Assembly (NCBI GenBank): GCA_046563655.1
Contig: CM102290.1
Coordinates: 7,130,001 to 7,194,000, forward strand
Direction of reading: 5' to 3'
DNA length: 64,000 bases
Source of the DNA: Yuukianura sp. NJ FZ-2021
Taxonomy: Eukaryota
Below are positions 23,139-34,016 of this stretch, piece after piece. Below the pieces are notes generated by a model. The model had not been told where the DNA came from, made no database searches, and was given only the letters and a program-made list of their open reading frames with translations. The position numbers and the translations under genes are program-made. The first letter of the stretch is position 1. Every line of letters begins with the position of its first letter.

Positions 23139-26100
23139 ATGGAACACAACGGCAGATTACTGGACAAGAAGTTGAGCAGTGACCAGTTGCGAGAAATTAG
23201 AGACGCTTTTCACGAAGTAAGTTACTATTTTTAGTATTTCGTAATCGTTTGCGCAAGTTCATCTAAAATTCGGGAGCAACTGTTCGTTTTTGCGTAGGTT
23301 TTTGGTGTTTGTTCCCCAGATATGCAAATTACTATATTTTACGTAATGGCGTATAGCCCTCAGGGCTTTTGTAATTTTAAATTAAAACATGTGCCGAGAA
23401 TTAATATCCATTTTCATTTCATTTTAAAATTTCAGTCTTTACTACTTGAGTAAGACGACAAGGTTTTGTTATTGGTTACAAATTGGAAAATTTTAATTGT
23501 TTTTTTTTGTGATCTGGGCGTAGTTATGATTCGTGTCCACACCACATCGCAAACACAATACCGCAATGCGTCATGAACTATGCCTTATGTACAAAGTTGA
23601 GTCATTACGATCACTTCTGATTGCAAAGTGTTGGAAAATGCTTTAATAACTAATTACTCTTGTGTAGCTAGCTTTCACTCTTGTATGAATCATGAACTTA
23701 AGAGGTTTTGACTATACTTTTGTGACTTAAAGTCAGTGACTTCTTCACTTCTTTTCCTTGTGAGAGGCAAGCAAGGGGATGGTTTGGTGAGTAATGGAAA
23801 AAGAAACGGTGGTGACTCAATTCGACACAGACGGGGGTTGAGTTTGAGCTTAGCGAAAATTTTGCCAAAACGTGGGCCAAATAGAATTGATAGCTGAGTA
23901 CTTCAGAAGAATGGCAGTGTCCTGCTAAAAACCGGAGCCGGGGTCCCGTCCAATGTTTATTAGTACTTTTACTGGTTGGCCATCACAGAAAGTGGAGCAT
24001 GATTCCCGATGCCTCATAGCGCATGACCCAGATACTTCTTTGGTCTGAACTCCGAGTTTTTGTATAGATTAGGGTGACAAAGGTAAAATCAAGTTCTGCA
24101 GGGTATCAACGGAAGTATTTTCTAACTTACCGATACTTGGCACCGCCAGGTCATTTTTTATAGAGAGTTCAAATATCAATTGGCTTCCTTTCTTCATGTC
24201 ATGTTCGAAATTAAGTGATTCATTGGCAGGAAATTTTTGACTAGGGAAAACATGCCCTAATTTGTCTTGTATGAAAAAAATAGCCAGGGATTGACACTAC
24301 TATCACATGCCATGGATCATGACGATGAGTGACAAGGCGAAAGTGTGACGGTCATTTCAACAAGTTGAAGTTGATATGATAAGTTTTTGCAAAAAAATAC
24401 TCACCTTTGGCATTGAATTTGGTTGAGTAGTGTAATGGATTCATTACAGTTTCCTAAACTGTCATGGTGCAAAAACGAAAAATCAAAATCAGCACTTTCT
24501 TAGTTTTCTGCTCTATTAGATAGAAATAGAATTATGGTATGGATTCTACACGTAGTTGGTTACTTACAACTTGCTAGTTAGTGATTTGACCTTGCATGAA
24601 TTTTTTTTAAATTTATTGTTGAAGTCGGGTATGGTGAATTTAAAATGTTGGCTCTGTTTTTGTTACTAATTCTTTGCCAAATTTTCACTTGATTTGTCAC
24701 TTGATAGAAGAATTGTCAAGTAATTTTTGAGCCAGGTACATGACTGCCATTCGGCATAAAATTTCTAAAGTCTGTATCGAAATTCATGAATTGTGTGATG
24801 ATGATCATTTAATTTTTTGAATTTCACTATGATTGCTATAATTGTATCTTGTTTTCTACATCGGGAAAAACTCATTAACTAATTTAAACGATGAGCGTAT
24901 AAGTTAAGATTGCCCTATAAGGCGAGTTCTTTTAACCGGCAGTAAGTTCTTTTACTGGATTATATTAGATACATCTTATGTCGTACAAGTCCTGTTTGAC
25001 ACTTCACGACCGATTTTCAAATGTGGAGATGTTAAATATCTGGTACCAGTGATTAGTACTTGTCACTTCCTGCTATGTTTCCAAGAGTTCCTATCGTATG
25101 ACACAAAACCTTATGCAACAGATGTGTATACTAACCCAGTAACTTATACCGTCATTGTTGGAGTGGGAAGCGCAATTTTCATGTGTACGCGTCACTTATT
25201 CGTTGAATTCCTAAATAATTTTAAATAACATTAATAATTTATGGACACGGTTTATGCTTTGGTAGCGTGTTGTTGAATTTCCTATCAGGTGAACCTGTTG
25301 CAACGAGTTCAGTACAAGATCAAGTTCACGCTGTTCAGTAGTATTTGCATTTCTCCAAAAACAATTCTTTAATCCCTGCTTTTAGCCTGAGGCTTCATTG
25401 TCTCCTGGTGTGGTATTAATTGTCACTTCTAGGGGCATGACTCAACAATTCCTCTGAAAGACGAGCTACTTGGTCTAAAAGTAGACTTTTATGTGGACTG
25501 CGGCAGACGCATGTTGGTTTTGTAATGAAAAAACAATGGTTCCTCCAAATGAAAAAAAAAACTCAAACAGCGAAACGAATTCATAAAAAGTTCTCCGACA
25601 TTCGGATTCATTTTCATAAAAGATGGCACTTCATCAGTTACTTTTTGGTGTACAGTGTACATGTGGTAAAATTTAAGTAGTGGGGGGTCAGAGTTCTCAT
25701 ATAAAGAGGCTAGCAACTGCACCTTCACTTCATTAATAGTTTTCATTCTCAAGGCATCTCTACAGAAAAATTAAGTTTGTGAAGGTTAACTTAATGGGAA
25801 TGGAGTTGTTGAAATTAAATGATTCGCGGCTGGATGTTATGCGCGAATTGACAAACCAGATTGAGGAGGAAAAGGGAAAAGTGAGTCTTGGTATACAACT
25901 CACGTACAATACTAATTATTCTGATCTTGGTTTTTAGATTGACAAGGATCGAAGTGGATTTATTGATTTCTCGGAACTGAAGGATGCTCTGGATCAAATC
26001 GGTTTCAAATTGCCGGGATGGCAAGTTCGCCAGTTGATGGAGGATGCGGAGCGTGGCAGTGGTGACACCAAAAATAGAAACAAACTTAGTCTGGATGAAT

Positions 26101-28523
26101 TTGAAAATGTGAGATTCCATTTTGGATGGACACATTTAAGACACGTATTACCAATGTTGTAAGCCATGTACTGAATTTAACCGTGTCGACACTGTTTTTA
26201 TGTACTCAGCTCTGCTGCAAATTGAAACTGAAGGATGTTGCGACATCATTCAAACAGGTTGTGTCCAAAAAAGAAAATTTGCAAACGATCGGCGGAATGT
26301 CAGAAGCTTCCAGCGAGGGTACAACACATTCAGTTCGTTTTGAAGAACAACTTGCCTTCTCACACTGGATCAACGACCATCTTGGGCATGACCCTCATCT
26401 TAAACATCTCCTCCCTATTGATCCCGAGGGCAAAGAACTGTATGACAAAGTCAAGGACGGAATACTGCTCTGGTAACTCAAATCTAACATTTTCAATTCA
26501 ACTTTTTCAGATTCCGCTTTTTCCATGGAATAATGGCCACTGCAAAGTAGTTTCTAACAAAAGTGTTTTTTTTTAGCAAAATCATCAATCATTCCTGTCC
26601 AGATACCATCGATGAGAGAGCAATCAACATCAAGAATTTAACCCTTTACACCAAACATGAAAATCTTACACTGGCTCTCAATTCAGCTCAAGCAATTGGT
26701 TGCAACATAATCAACATTGATGGAAATGATTTGATTTTGGGAAAACCACATTTAGTTCTTGGCCTTCTCTGGCAAATTATTCGGGTATGGTTTTTTCTTC
26801 GGGTTGTTTGTCTATGTTCTTATAATATATGGTCATGTTGTTGTATTAATTGGAATTTTTACTTTTAGATTGGGCTGTTCAGCCAAATTACGTTGGAACA
26901 TTGTCCAGGCCTGGCCAATTTGTTAGCAGATGGAGAAAAAATTGAAGATTTAGTGCGTCTTCCACCAGAGGCTATTCTACTTCGCTGGGTTAATTATCAC
27001 TTGGAACGAGCCGGTGTCAATAGAAAGTGCAACAATTTCTCCAGTGATATCCAAGACTCCGAAATCTACAGTCATTTGCTCTATCAAATTGCTCCCAAAG
27101 AGTCAGGCGTCAACAAAGATGCATTGATGGTAAGAATGGACTAATTTTGTGTTTTTTAAGTTGAGACTAATGTTGCCTAATTCACGCGTGTTGTCTTGAC
27201 TAGGAACGTGATTTTATTTCCCGGGCTGAAATTATGCTTCAACAAGCCGACAAGTTAGGATGCCGGTCATTTGTAACCTCTGACGATGTGGCGAAGGGAG
27301 TTCACAAGTTGAACTTAGCATTTGTTGCCAATCTGTTCAATAATCACCCTGGACTAGATAAACCTGACAATGTTGACCTGGATACATTTTTGGAAAACAT
27401 CGAGGAGACAAGAGAGGAGAAAAGTAAGACCAATTCGTTATAACGATATAGTTTTGTAGTACTATGTAAATATGTAAAACGTGTAACAATTCTGACGTTT
27501 ATGGCGACGCACATGAAAAATTGAAAATACCCACATAATTGGGTTGTATTTATCTAGCCTACAGAAACTGGATGAACTCTATGGGCGTGTCACCCCGTGT
27601 CAACTGGCTTTACTCTGATTTGGCGGATGGGCTCGTAATCTTTCAACTCTACGACATTATTAAACCAGGAATCGTCGACTGGAATAGAGTTCATAAGTTA
27701 GAGCTCACACTAAAACAAAAACATACACAATTTCATTGCGTTTTCGCAGCGTGTTATTTATATATTTTATTGGATTTGTTTCTCTTAGAAAATTTTCCAA
27801 ACTGCGCAAGTTTATGGAGAAACTTGAAAACTGTAACTACGCCGTTGAGCTTGGAAAGCAACTCAAGTTCTCACTGGTTGGAATTGCCGGACAAGATATA
27901 TCAGACGGAAATCCCACACTAACGCTTGGTAGGTTCCATTTGCGATAACTTCAATTGTTTTTAGTTGGAAAAAGATTTAGTTTCAACTGCTTTTTCTCTG
28001 TAGCTTTGATTTGGCAATTGATGAGGGCGTACACATTGTCCGTTTTGACACAACTGGCCAAATCCGGGAACCCAATCATCGAGAGGGAGATTATTGACTG
28101 GGTCAATAATAAGCTTTCTGCTGCCGGCAAAACAACGAATATTAGAAGCTTCCAGGACCAGACAATTGCTGACGGGATTGTAGTTATTGACCTCATTGAT
28201 GCCATTAAACCAGGAATCATCAACTACGATGTTGTCAAGCACACGAAAACAGCAGAGGTAAAGACAAGGACAAGAGAGATTTCATTTCCTACAAGAGCAA
28301 ACACACGCTAATTCTTCATTGGGTTTGGTATAATTTTCAGGACAATTTAGCCAATGCCAAATACGCCATTTCCATGGCCTGGAAGGTCGGCGCGAGAGTG
28401 TACGCTCTGCCTGAAGATATTGCAGAGGTCAAGAGTAAGTTGGTGATGACTGTCTTTGCTTGTCTTATGGCACGAGACTACATTCCAAATATGGATAGCA
28501 AGACTAACAACGCAACGAATTAA
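23139..28523 (+). CDS. Fim: Plastin / fimbrin (EF-hands plus four calponin-homology domains)
   Basis: Exons 23139-23216, 25938-26108, 26210-26472, 26577-26784, 26869-27129, 27204-27423, 27558-27696, 27789-27928, 28004-28257, 28341-28523. EF loop [15 protein letters not shown] motifs [35 protein letters not shown]. Probable 5'UTR exons between about 22300 and 23138. Confidence 0.97.
25794..25880 (+). CDS. Candidate alternative first coding exon of plastin ([29 protein letters not shown])
   Basis: ATG-initiated 29 codons ending at a strong donor AAA|GTGAGT. A 57-nt intron joins it in phase 0 to the 25938 exon. Confidence 0.6.
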
Positions 28524-29360
28524 CAAATCCCTCCCAAGAGACTGTTTAAACTTCGATTAATCCTGGGAAACAAGGGCAGAGGAGTACTGTACACATTTGT
28601 TCTGTCCATGGTGTAGAATACAGAAGAGATTGACCTTGTATTATACTGAAACAAGTAATAACCTTTTTCCAATACTAAAATTATTGTATTAGGTATTCAT
28701 GAGCTTTATTTTATCAATTGATTGAGTGAGATATTTAAGTTAAGTGTATCATTGGGAAAATCAATGCATTAGGTAGAAAAACTGGTATTCCGTAACTAAT
28801 CGTTAGTAGTAATATAAAAAAAAACTGGAAAACGACATCATCAAATCAAATCATCACAAGACAAGGAAATATGAACAATCATGAAGTTCCGTAAAGAAAT
28901 ATTGATGAAATTACACAATGTCCAACCGACGAATTTCCTGCGTCCAATTCTACTGATGAAGGTTCAGTTGGAACTTCTTTTCTATTTTGTGCTATATAAC
29001 GTGCAATAAGAAAGAAGGAATTAGGGACGAAAAATTGAAGACCAAAGAAATAATTTTAACTTTAGATTTAAGCTGATTGCTTTAATTGCAAATAGGAACC
29101 AGGATTACTTATTAACATAATTGTGTAATTATTTTGGTGATAAGTTTTACTGCCTTTGAAAAGTCCAATTTAATGAAGGGGAGTGTTAATTTAGAGTAGT
29201 CCATTTCAATGATTTTAAAAAGTGAATTCATCAATTAATAATTCTTTTAATTCAATGTAATAGGAGTCCTCTTTTCATGAAATAAATTAAAAGTGAGTAG
29301 TAAATACCAGTAACATTGGTCTTTGATATCAAAATTTCGAAAATTCATTGTTTGGGAGAT

Positions 29361-29921
29361 GTGTGCATTAAACAACGCGAATGATGTTTTGCAAAATTCA
29401 GAGTGGCATAAAGTATTTTCTTTTTAATTTTAAAAAGGTGTCGTCCCATTTTGACGAAATTTTGAAAAAAAAAAATCAAAAACTTTGGTTTTGTCTTTGT
29501 GTTAAAATGTCATCAAAAACTTGAAGTTCGCTTATGAACATTATTTAATTTCGAAAAATAACTTCATACTTTTTGAAACCTTGTTACGAAGAGGTTAGGT
29601 CTGTAGATATGAATTTTCAAAGATTATTGCAATTTCAAATTCTAAAAGGTCCAAAGTCGCACATAAAGTTTTCGAGTCGAAAACTACAGTGTTCCATTTT
29701 TTTTTCAAATTTCGTCAACATTTTGATGGTCAGTGTTTTTTTTTGAAAATTTTGTACACTAAATTACGCCAAATGTGTTTGGCAATGAGATCCGGCCGAT
29801 TGGGTAATAAACAGAAATCGTTGCAATGTGAAAATTCTTCTAAACATAAGTTTTAATCTAAAATTTTTAATTAAGTTTGGGAATGACGGCGTCGTTTGGT
29901 CCTCCACAATTTAACGCACAG
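29361..29921. mobile_element. Degenerate AT-rich foldback/MITE
   Basis: Outer arms gtgtgcattaaa and tttaacgcacag. Inner inverted pair ttgacgaaattttgaaaaaaa (about 29450) and ttttttcaaatttcgtcaa (about 29700). Confidence 0.45.
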
Positions 29922-30216
29922 AATGCTCTTTAAAAACTTTTTATATTAGATAGTTACAACCCCTTAACTAACACTGTGAAGTGGGTTAAGAACCACAATT
30001 AAAACAACTATGACACTCTTGTTGTCGGGCACTATCCATACTGCGTTGCGTAACATGACACAATTTCGCAAGACGTCGACATTGACATTTTCATTAAAAA
30101 ATAAAGAGTGCATAACTGGATAATTCGAAAAATGTGAATTTTATGTTAGTAAGAGTTGCGAATTGTTTTAAAATCCGACATTTTTTTAAAACCTGGTTGC
30201 TGCTGTACTCCAGCCT

Positions 30217-30224
30217 TATAAATA
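30217..30224 (+). promoter_or_regulatory. TATA box of the small secreted-protein gene
   Basis: TATAAATA about 110 nt upstream of the ATG at 30326. Confidence 0.55.
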
Positions 30225-30325
30225 CCAAACGGATGAGGTGCCTTCGATCCTGTTCTAACTTCATACTGAAACTTCCAGGAAAGTGAAACTAGTACCCAAC
30301 ATCGGCAAACATTGCGACTTCAAAC

Positions 30326-30697
30326 ATGAAACTGGTAAAGTATAAGACAATGGATACCTTTTCTAAATTCTGACATTTTGTTTTTGTTTTGTAGAGAAAT
30401 TTGATGTTTTGCGTCCTGTGGATGTCAGTTCTACTGGAGAATTCACTGGAAAGTGACGGGCGTGGTTTGTTATTGACGCATTGTTGCAGAATCTCCGATT
30501 TGGTTAACAGGCCCATGCCACTAGTTGACAAGGTACCATTGAGCTACGTTCTCTTCTGCCATGGTAAGCCGATTCTGCAACGCTGTCCACCAACTACCAC
30601 GATGCAACCTGCTGGAAATACTACAACTGCTACCACAAGATCATCTGCAACATCCTCGACGACGACGACGACCCCTACACCGTCAGGACCGGGTTGA
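30326..30697 (+). CDS. Small secreted protein (103 aa): signal peptide, 4-Cys segment resembling half a peritrophin-A/chitin-binding domain, Thr-rich tail
   Basis: Exons 30326-30334 (MKL|gtaaag) and 30395-30697, in phase. Hydrophobic N-terminus; YVLFCHGKPILQRCP; T/S/P-rich C-terminus. TATA box upstream and AATAAA near 30778. Confidence 0.75.
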
Positions 30698-30949
30698 TAA
30701 ATTAATTACTAACGTTAAATACTTCACTCTTAGCAGTAGCCCAACTATTTATCGAAACGTTGTATGAAACCGGGGCAAATAAATTCGTAGCAGTAGTAGT
30801 AGTAAAACGAACTATTTTTGGTTATAATAACAATGTTGTATCCAAATTTAGCTGCGCTTCCACATAAAAACTCTGCTTGCATGGTCGCGCAAGTACTGTT
30901 CTAGAAGTTTTTTGGGTAGTAGTTGTATTTAGTAAATCGTTAATCTTGA

Positions 30950-32272
30950 TTATTGCGGCTGGAAGGAGTTGGCGTGCTGAGAGGTTGGCGTGGGATCGTC
31001 GTCCAGGAAAGTTCTGTCAGCACAATTCCGACCACCGCAAATGGGAGTGAAGGCACTGTAGATGACTTTCCTCCAGAAATACATAACTGCCAGCGCAAAT
31101 ATGGAGACGTAAACTATGAGGCCGACGGATGCTTGACGAGGGTAGCCACAAGTCGAAAAGAAGATGCGCACAAACGCGTGCAGTAGAATGGAAGAGAACT
31201 GAATCTAAAAAAAAAGAATGCATCAACCGAAACTATAAAATGTGTAAAATCGTGTTTCAAAATTTTGAAATCTGACCACTTGCATGATGTAGAGAGCGGT
31301 TGTAAATCCTACTTGGTGTTCATAGTCTCTCGTCTTATTGTATTGGTGGAAGCAATAAAAACCGAAAACCGTCAAGGCATTAAGAATAATAGGGACAGTA
31401 GCTAAAGTATAAAAATCATAATGATTTAAACTAAACTGTGATAGTAGGTATGTTAGGTATCTTACTGCTTCCTCCAGGGAAATATTTCGCTCCCACCCAG
31501 CAAATGAACACGAGGGTACTGTGATGATACATCTGAAGTACGTTGACCTGAGTGGCATCCCAGATAATAAAAATGCAATCGAGCAGGTCAAGAATCTTCA
31601 CAATGTAGAATGCCCAGATCAACCAAGCAATGTTCTGGAAATGGAAACCAACAAATTAGTGCTCAAGCAGCCTTCTTGGCAGCCATTTTTTACGTTCGCA
31701 TAGCGGGATCCCGGAGGTGACGCAGACACAGCAGTTGGAATTTCTTCACAGAAGAAATGATGTCCGTCTCGGATGGAATAGTACAGAAGCTGTAATAATC
31801 AATCAGCAACGGTCAAATTTATGTCACATACTAAATTAGAAGTTTCTTGTTTGAACAGTGGTTTGGCTAACAGCAAAAGCAATTATAGTTTGGGAGAAGA
31901 TTCTAAGCCGGTTGAATTTTTTGAGAAGTTTGGTGCGGATATCTGCGCATTCGAATGCACCCTCATCAGAATCTTCGGAAATACTGCTGCTGTCAGTGTT
32001 GTAATTGGACCAAGGACCAAAAAAGTAGGGCATCCCGAGGCAGTAGGCGATGTACAAAGTGACGGCAGTGACTGGAACTACAATTGACAACAACGGTGTG
32101 TCTTGAGACAGAGGATCTATAAATGGCACAAACATAAATACATTATGCACATGTTATAAATCATTTTTCCATGATTGAGCTTGGGTAAGCCAAATTCGGT
32201 AGTAATTGATTTTGATTTTGAAGTCTTGCGCGTTTTCAACAGGAACCCAGATCCGTCGTCCTGATCTCCCAT
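30950..32272 (-). pseudogene. Highly diverged ELOVL/GNS1-SUR4 fatty-acid elongase-like gene with apparent frame disruptions in its 5' part
   Basis: 3' exons read cleanly: WAFYIVKILDLLDCIFII..LQMYHHST..WVGAKYFPGG, MQVIQF..H..CGYP, stop at 30950. The exon starting at about 32116 hits TAA at 31836 and needs a frameshift near 31885. No in-phase GT donor follows the ATG at 32272. Confidence 0.7.
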
Positions 32273-32946
32273 TGGTTCCTTTCAATTTGAAAACTAAAAC
32301 CGGCCCTCAAGCGTTGTACGTATTTGGCGGATGGCGAATTCCACTTGTTTTTAGTTAAAACAAAAGCAAATCTTATGCAAATTTCCAGAATTTAGACACA
32401 GACTGATACATACTGGGTCATAAATATTTCGGGGGAATTAGAAAAATCTTATGCAAAAGAATAGCTTAAGCATATGTATTTCTGCTGCTGCTGTAGCTGC
32501 CAGCTCCTTATCTCCTTGTTTACTGCCCTGCCAATTAAATGCTGACGCCAGATAGGCGGCGGTTGCCATGGCAACTTGGGCGACATGGCTCCGAAGCTAG
32601 TTTTTCTCCATAGAATGTATTGCGTTCTAAATTCCTCAGCCGAATTGCAATTAGTAGGTGGGTGGGTGGTCCTCTGTGTTCAAACGTGTTCTAAAGTATA
32701 CTGACATCCCTGCCTTTCCTTCCATTGGTTTTAAATTCTATCCAATCAGGAAGCAAAACTACCTTTGTACAGTATTAATTCGTTTTTCGCTCGTTGCAAT
32801 TGCAAGTTATATTTCGAAATTTCTATCTTTCTAGGGCATTTATTAGTGCGATGAAAGATTATTCGGTGTCATTTCATGTTTAGGACGCAGAGGTGATAGT
32901 CGACATCAATCAAGCAATACAAGAACAACTGGAAAATCTACTGGAA

Positions 32947-34016
32947 ATGTCTGACCAGCCGCCGTCACGAAGTCAACAGCAACAACTGCCCTTAGGCTTG
33001 AATCCTTCGGCTCTTGAATTCACGCCAGCATCGACTAGTCAAACGTCAAATGTTTGTCTTCAGCAGTCGTCAATGCCAATTGAGCAAGTGAATGCTCAGC
33101 GAATATGTGGTCCTCCATTTGGCTATTTTGGGCCCGTCCCCTCTCAAGGTCAGTGAAGAGAACTACTAGCTACGGAATATTTGCCACTAGAATCCCGGGT
33201 CAAATTTTCTGATTTTTCATCTGGGCCCCGTTTGCTAGTATCCAACCTGAATCCCAACATAACATATTCCTCAGTTAATTTTGTTTTGTGTTTTTGTACT
33301 TAGAAGCCGAAGTATTCGTTCGGAACATCCCGAAGTCAATTTCAGAAGCGGAGTTACTCGAGCTGTTTGGCCGCATTGGCCAGATTTATAAACTACGGGT
33401 AATGACCAACATGGACGGATCCAACCGTGGAATCGCGTTTTTGCACTACTTCACAAAGTCAGCAGCCAAACAAGCAATTTATTACTTCAAGAACTACACA
33501 CTTCCTACAGGTAAGTTGACCAATTATATTCCTTGCGTTGCCGCCGTATTGCATAGATCTTCTTGAGTTCGTTCTACTTTTGCTTTACAAAATTCTAAAA
33601 TGGTTTCTAATGCCTTACAGGTGACGTGATCTCCATGGTACAGTCAAGAAACAATAGACGAATTGTCATCACTGGCCTACCGGAACACATTTCTTACGAC
33701 ACAGTGCGCAATGAGGTTTTTCAACTTACTCAGGGTGTGACTAGCGTCAAACTTTTTGAATTCAATCCAAACCAAGGAAGGAAAGCCATTATCAAATATG
33801 AATCTCATGAGTAAGCGTCTCGAATCATCTTGAACTGTTTTTATCCGACCCCAAATCGTCTAAAGGTTGACCCAAACTCAAGAACGCTCTTTTGTTTACA
33901 GAGTTGCGTTGCAGGCATTACGCAAAGTTCTCATGGGTGGAACGATTGCTCAAAGTCCAATCTATGCTGAATGGGCCAGACCACCGAGGACAGAAACGGA
34001 CGAGTCCGAAGACTGA
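32947..34016 (+). CDS. Two-RRM protein of the RBM46/RBM47/A1CF/DND1/Tut (hnRNP R/Q-like) family with an N-terminal PAM2 motif
   Basis: Exons 32947-33148, 33304-33510, 33621-33810, 33902-34016 (the frame is open from an acceptor at 32884, so the start could lie upstream). Family hallmarks QVNAQRICGPP..GPVP..EVFVRNIP, GSNRGIAFLHY, YESH..A..RK...EWARP. AATAAA at 34233. Confidence 0.85.

Noticed and set aside
25815..28242. Antisense ORFs overlapping plastin exons (also seen over ari-2, Mvl and OMA1)
   Set aside because: Shadow frames of real coding exons.
10744..34016. Geminin, GTSF1 and the RBM46-like gene as a co-regulated germline cluster
   Set aside because: They are interleaved with unrelated genes (Mvl, plastin). 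The sequence alone gives no evidence of shared regulation; synteny and expression data would be needed.
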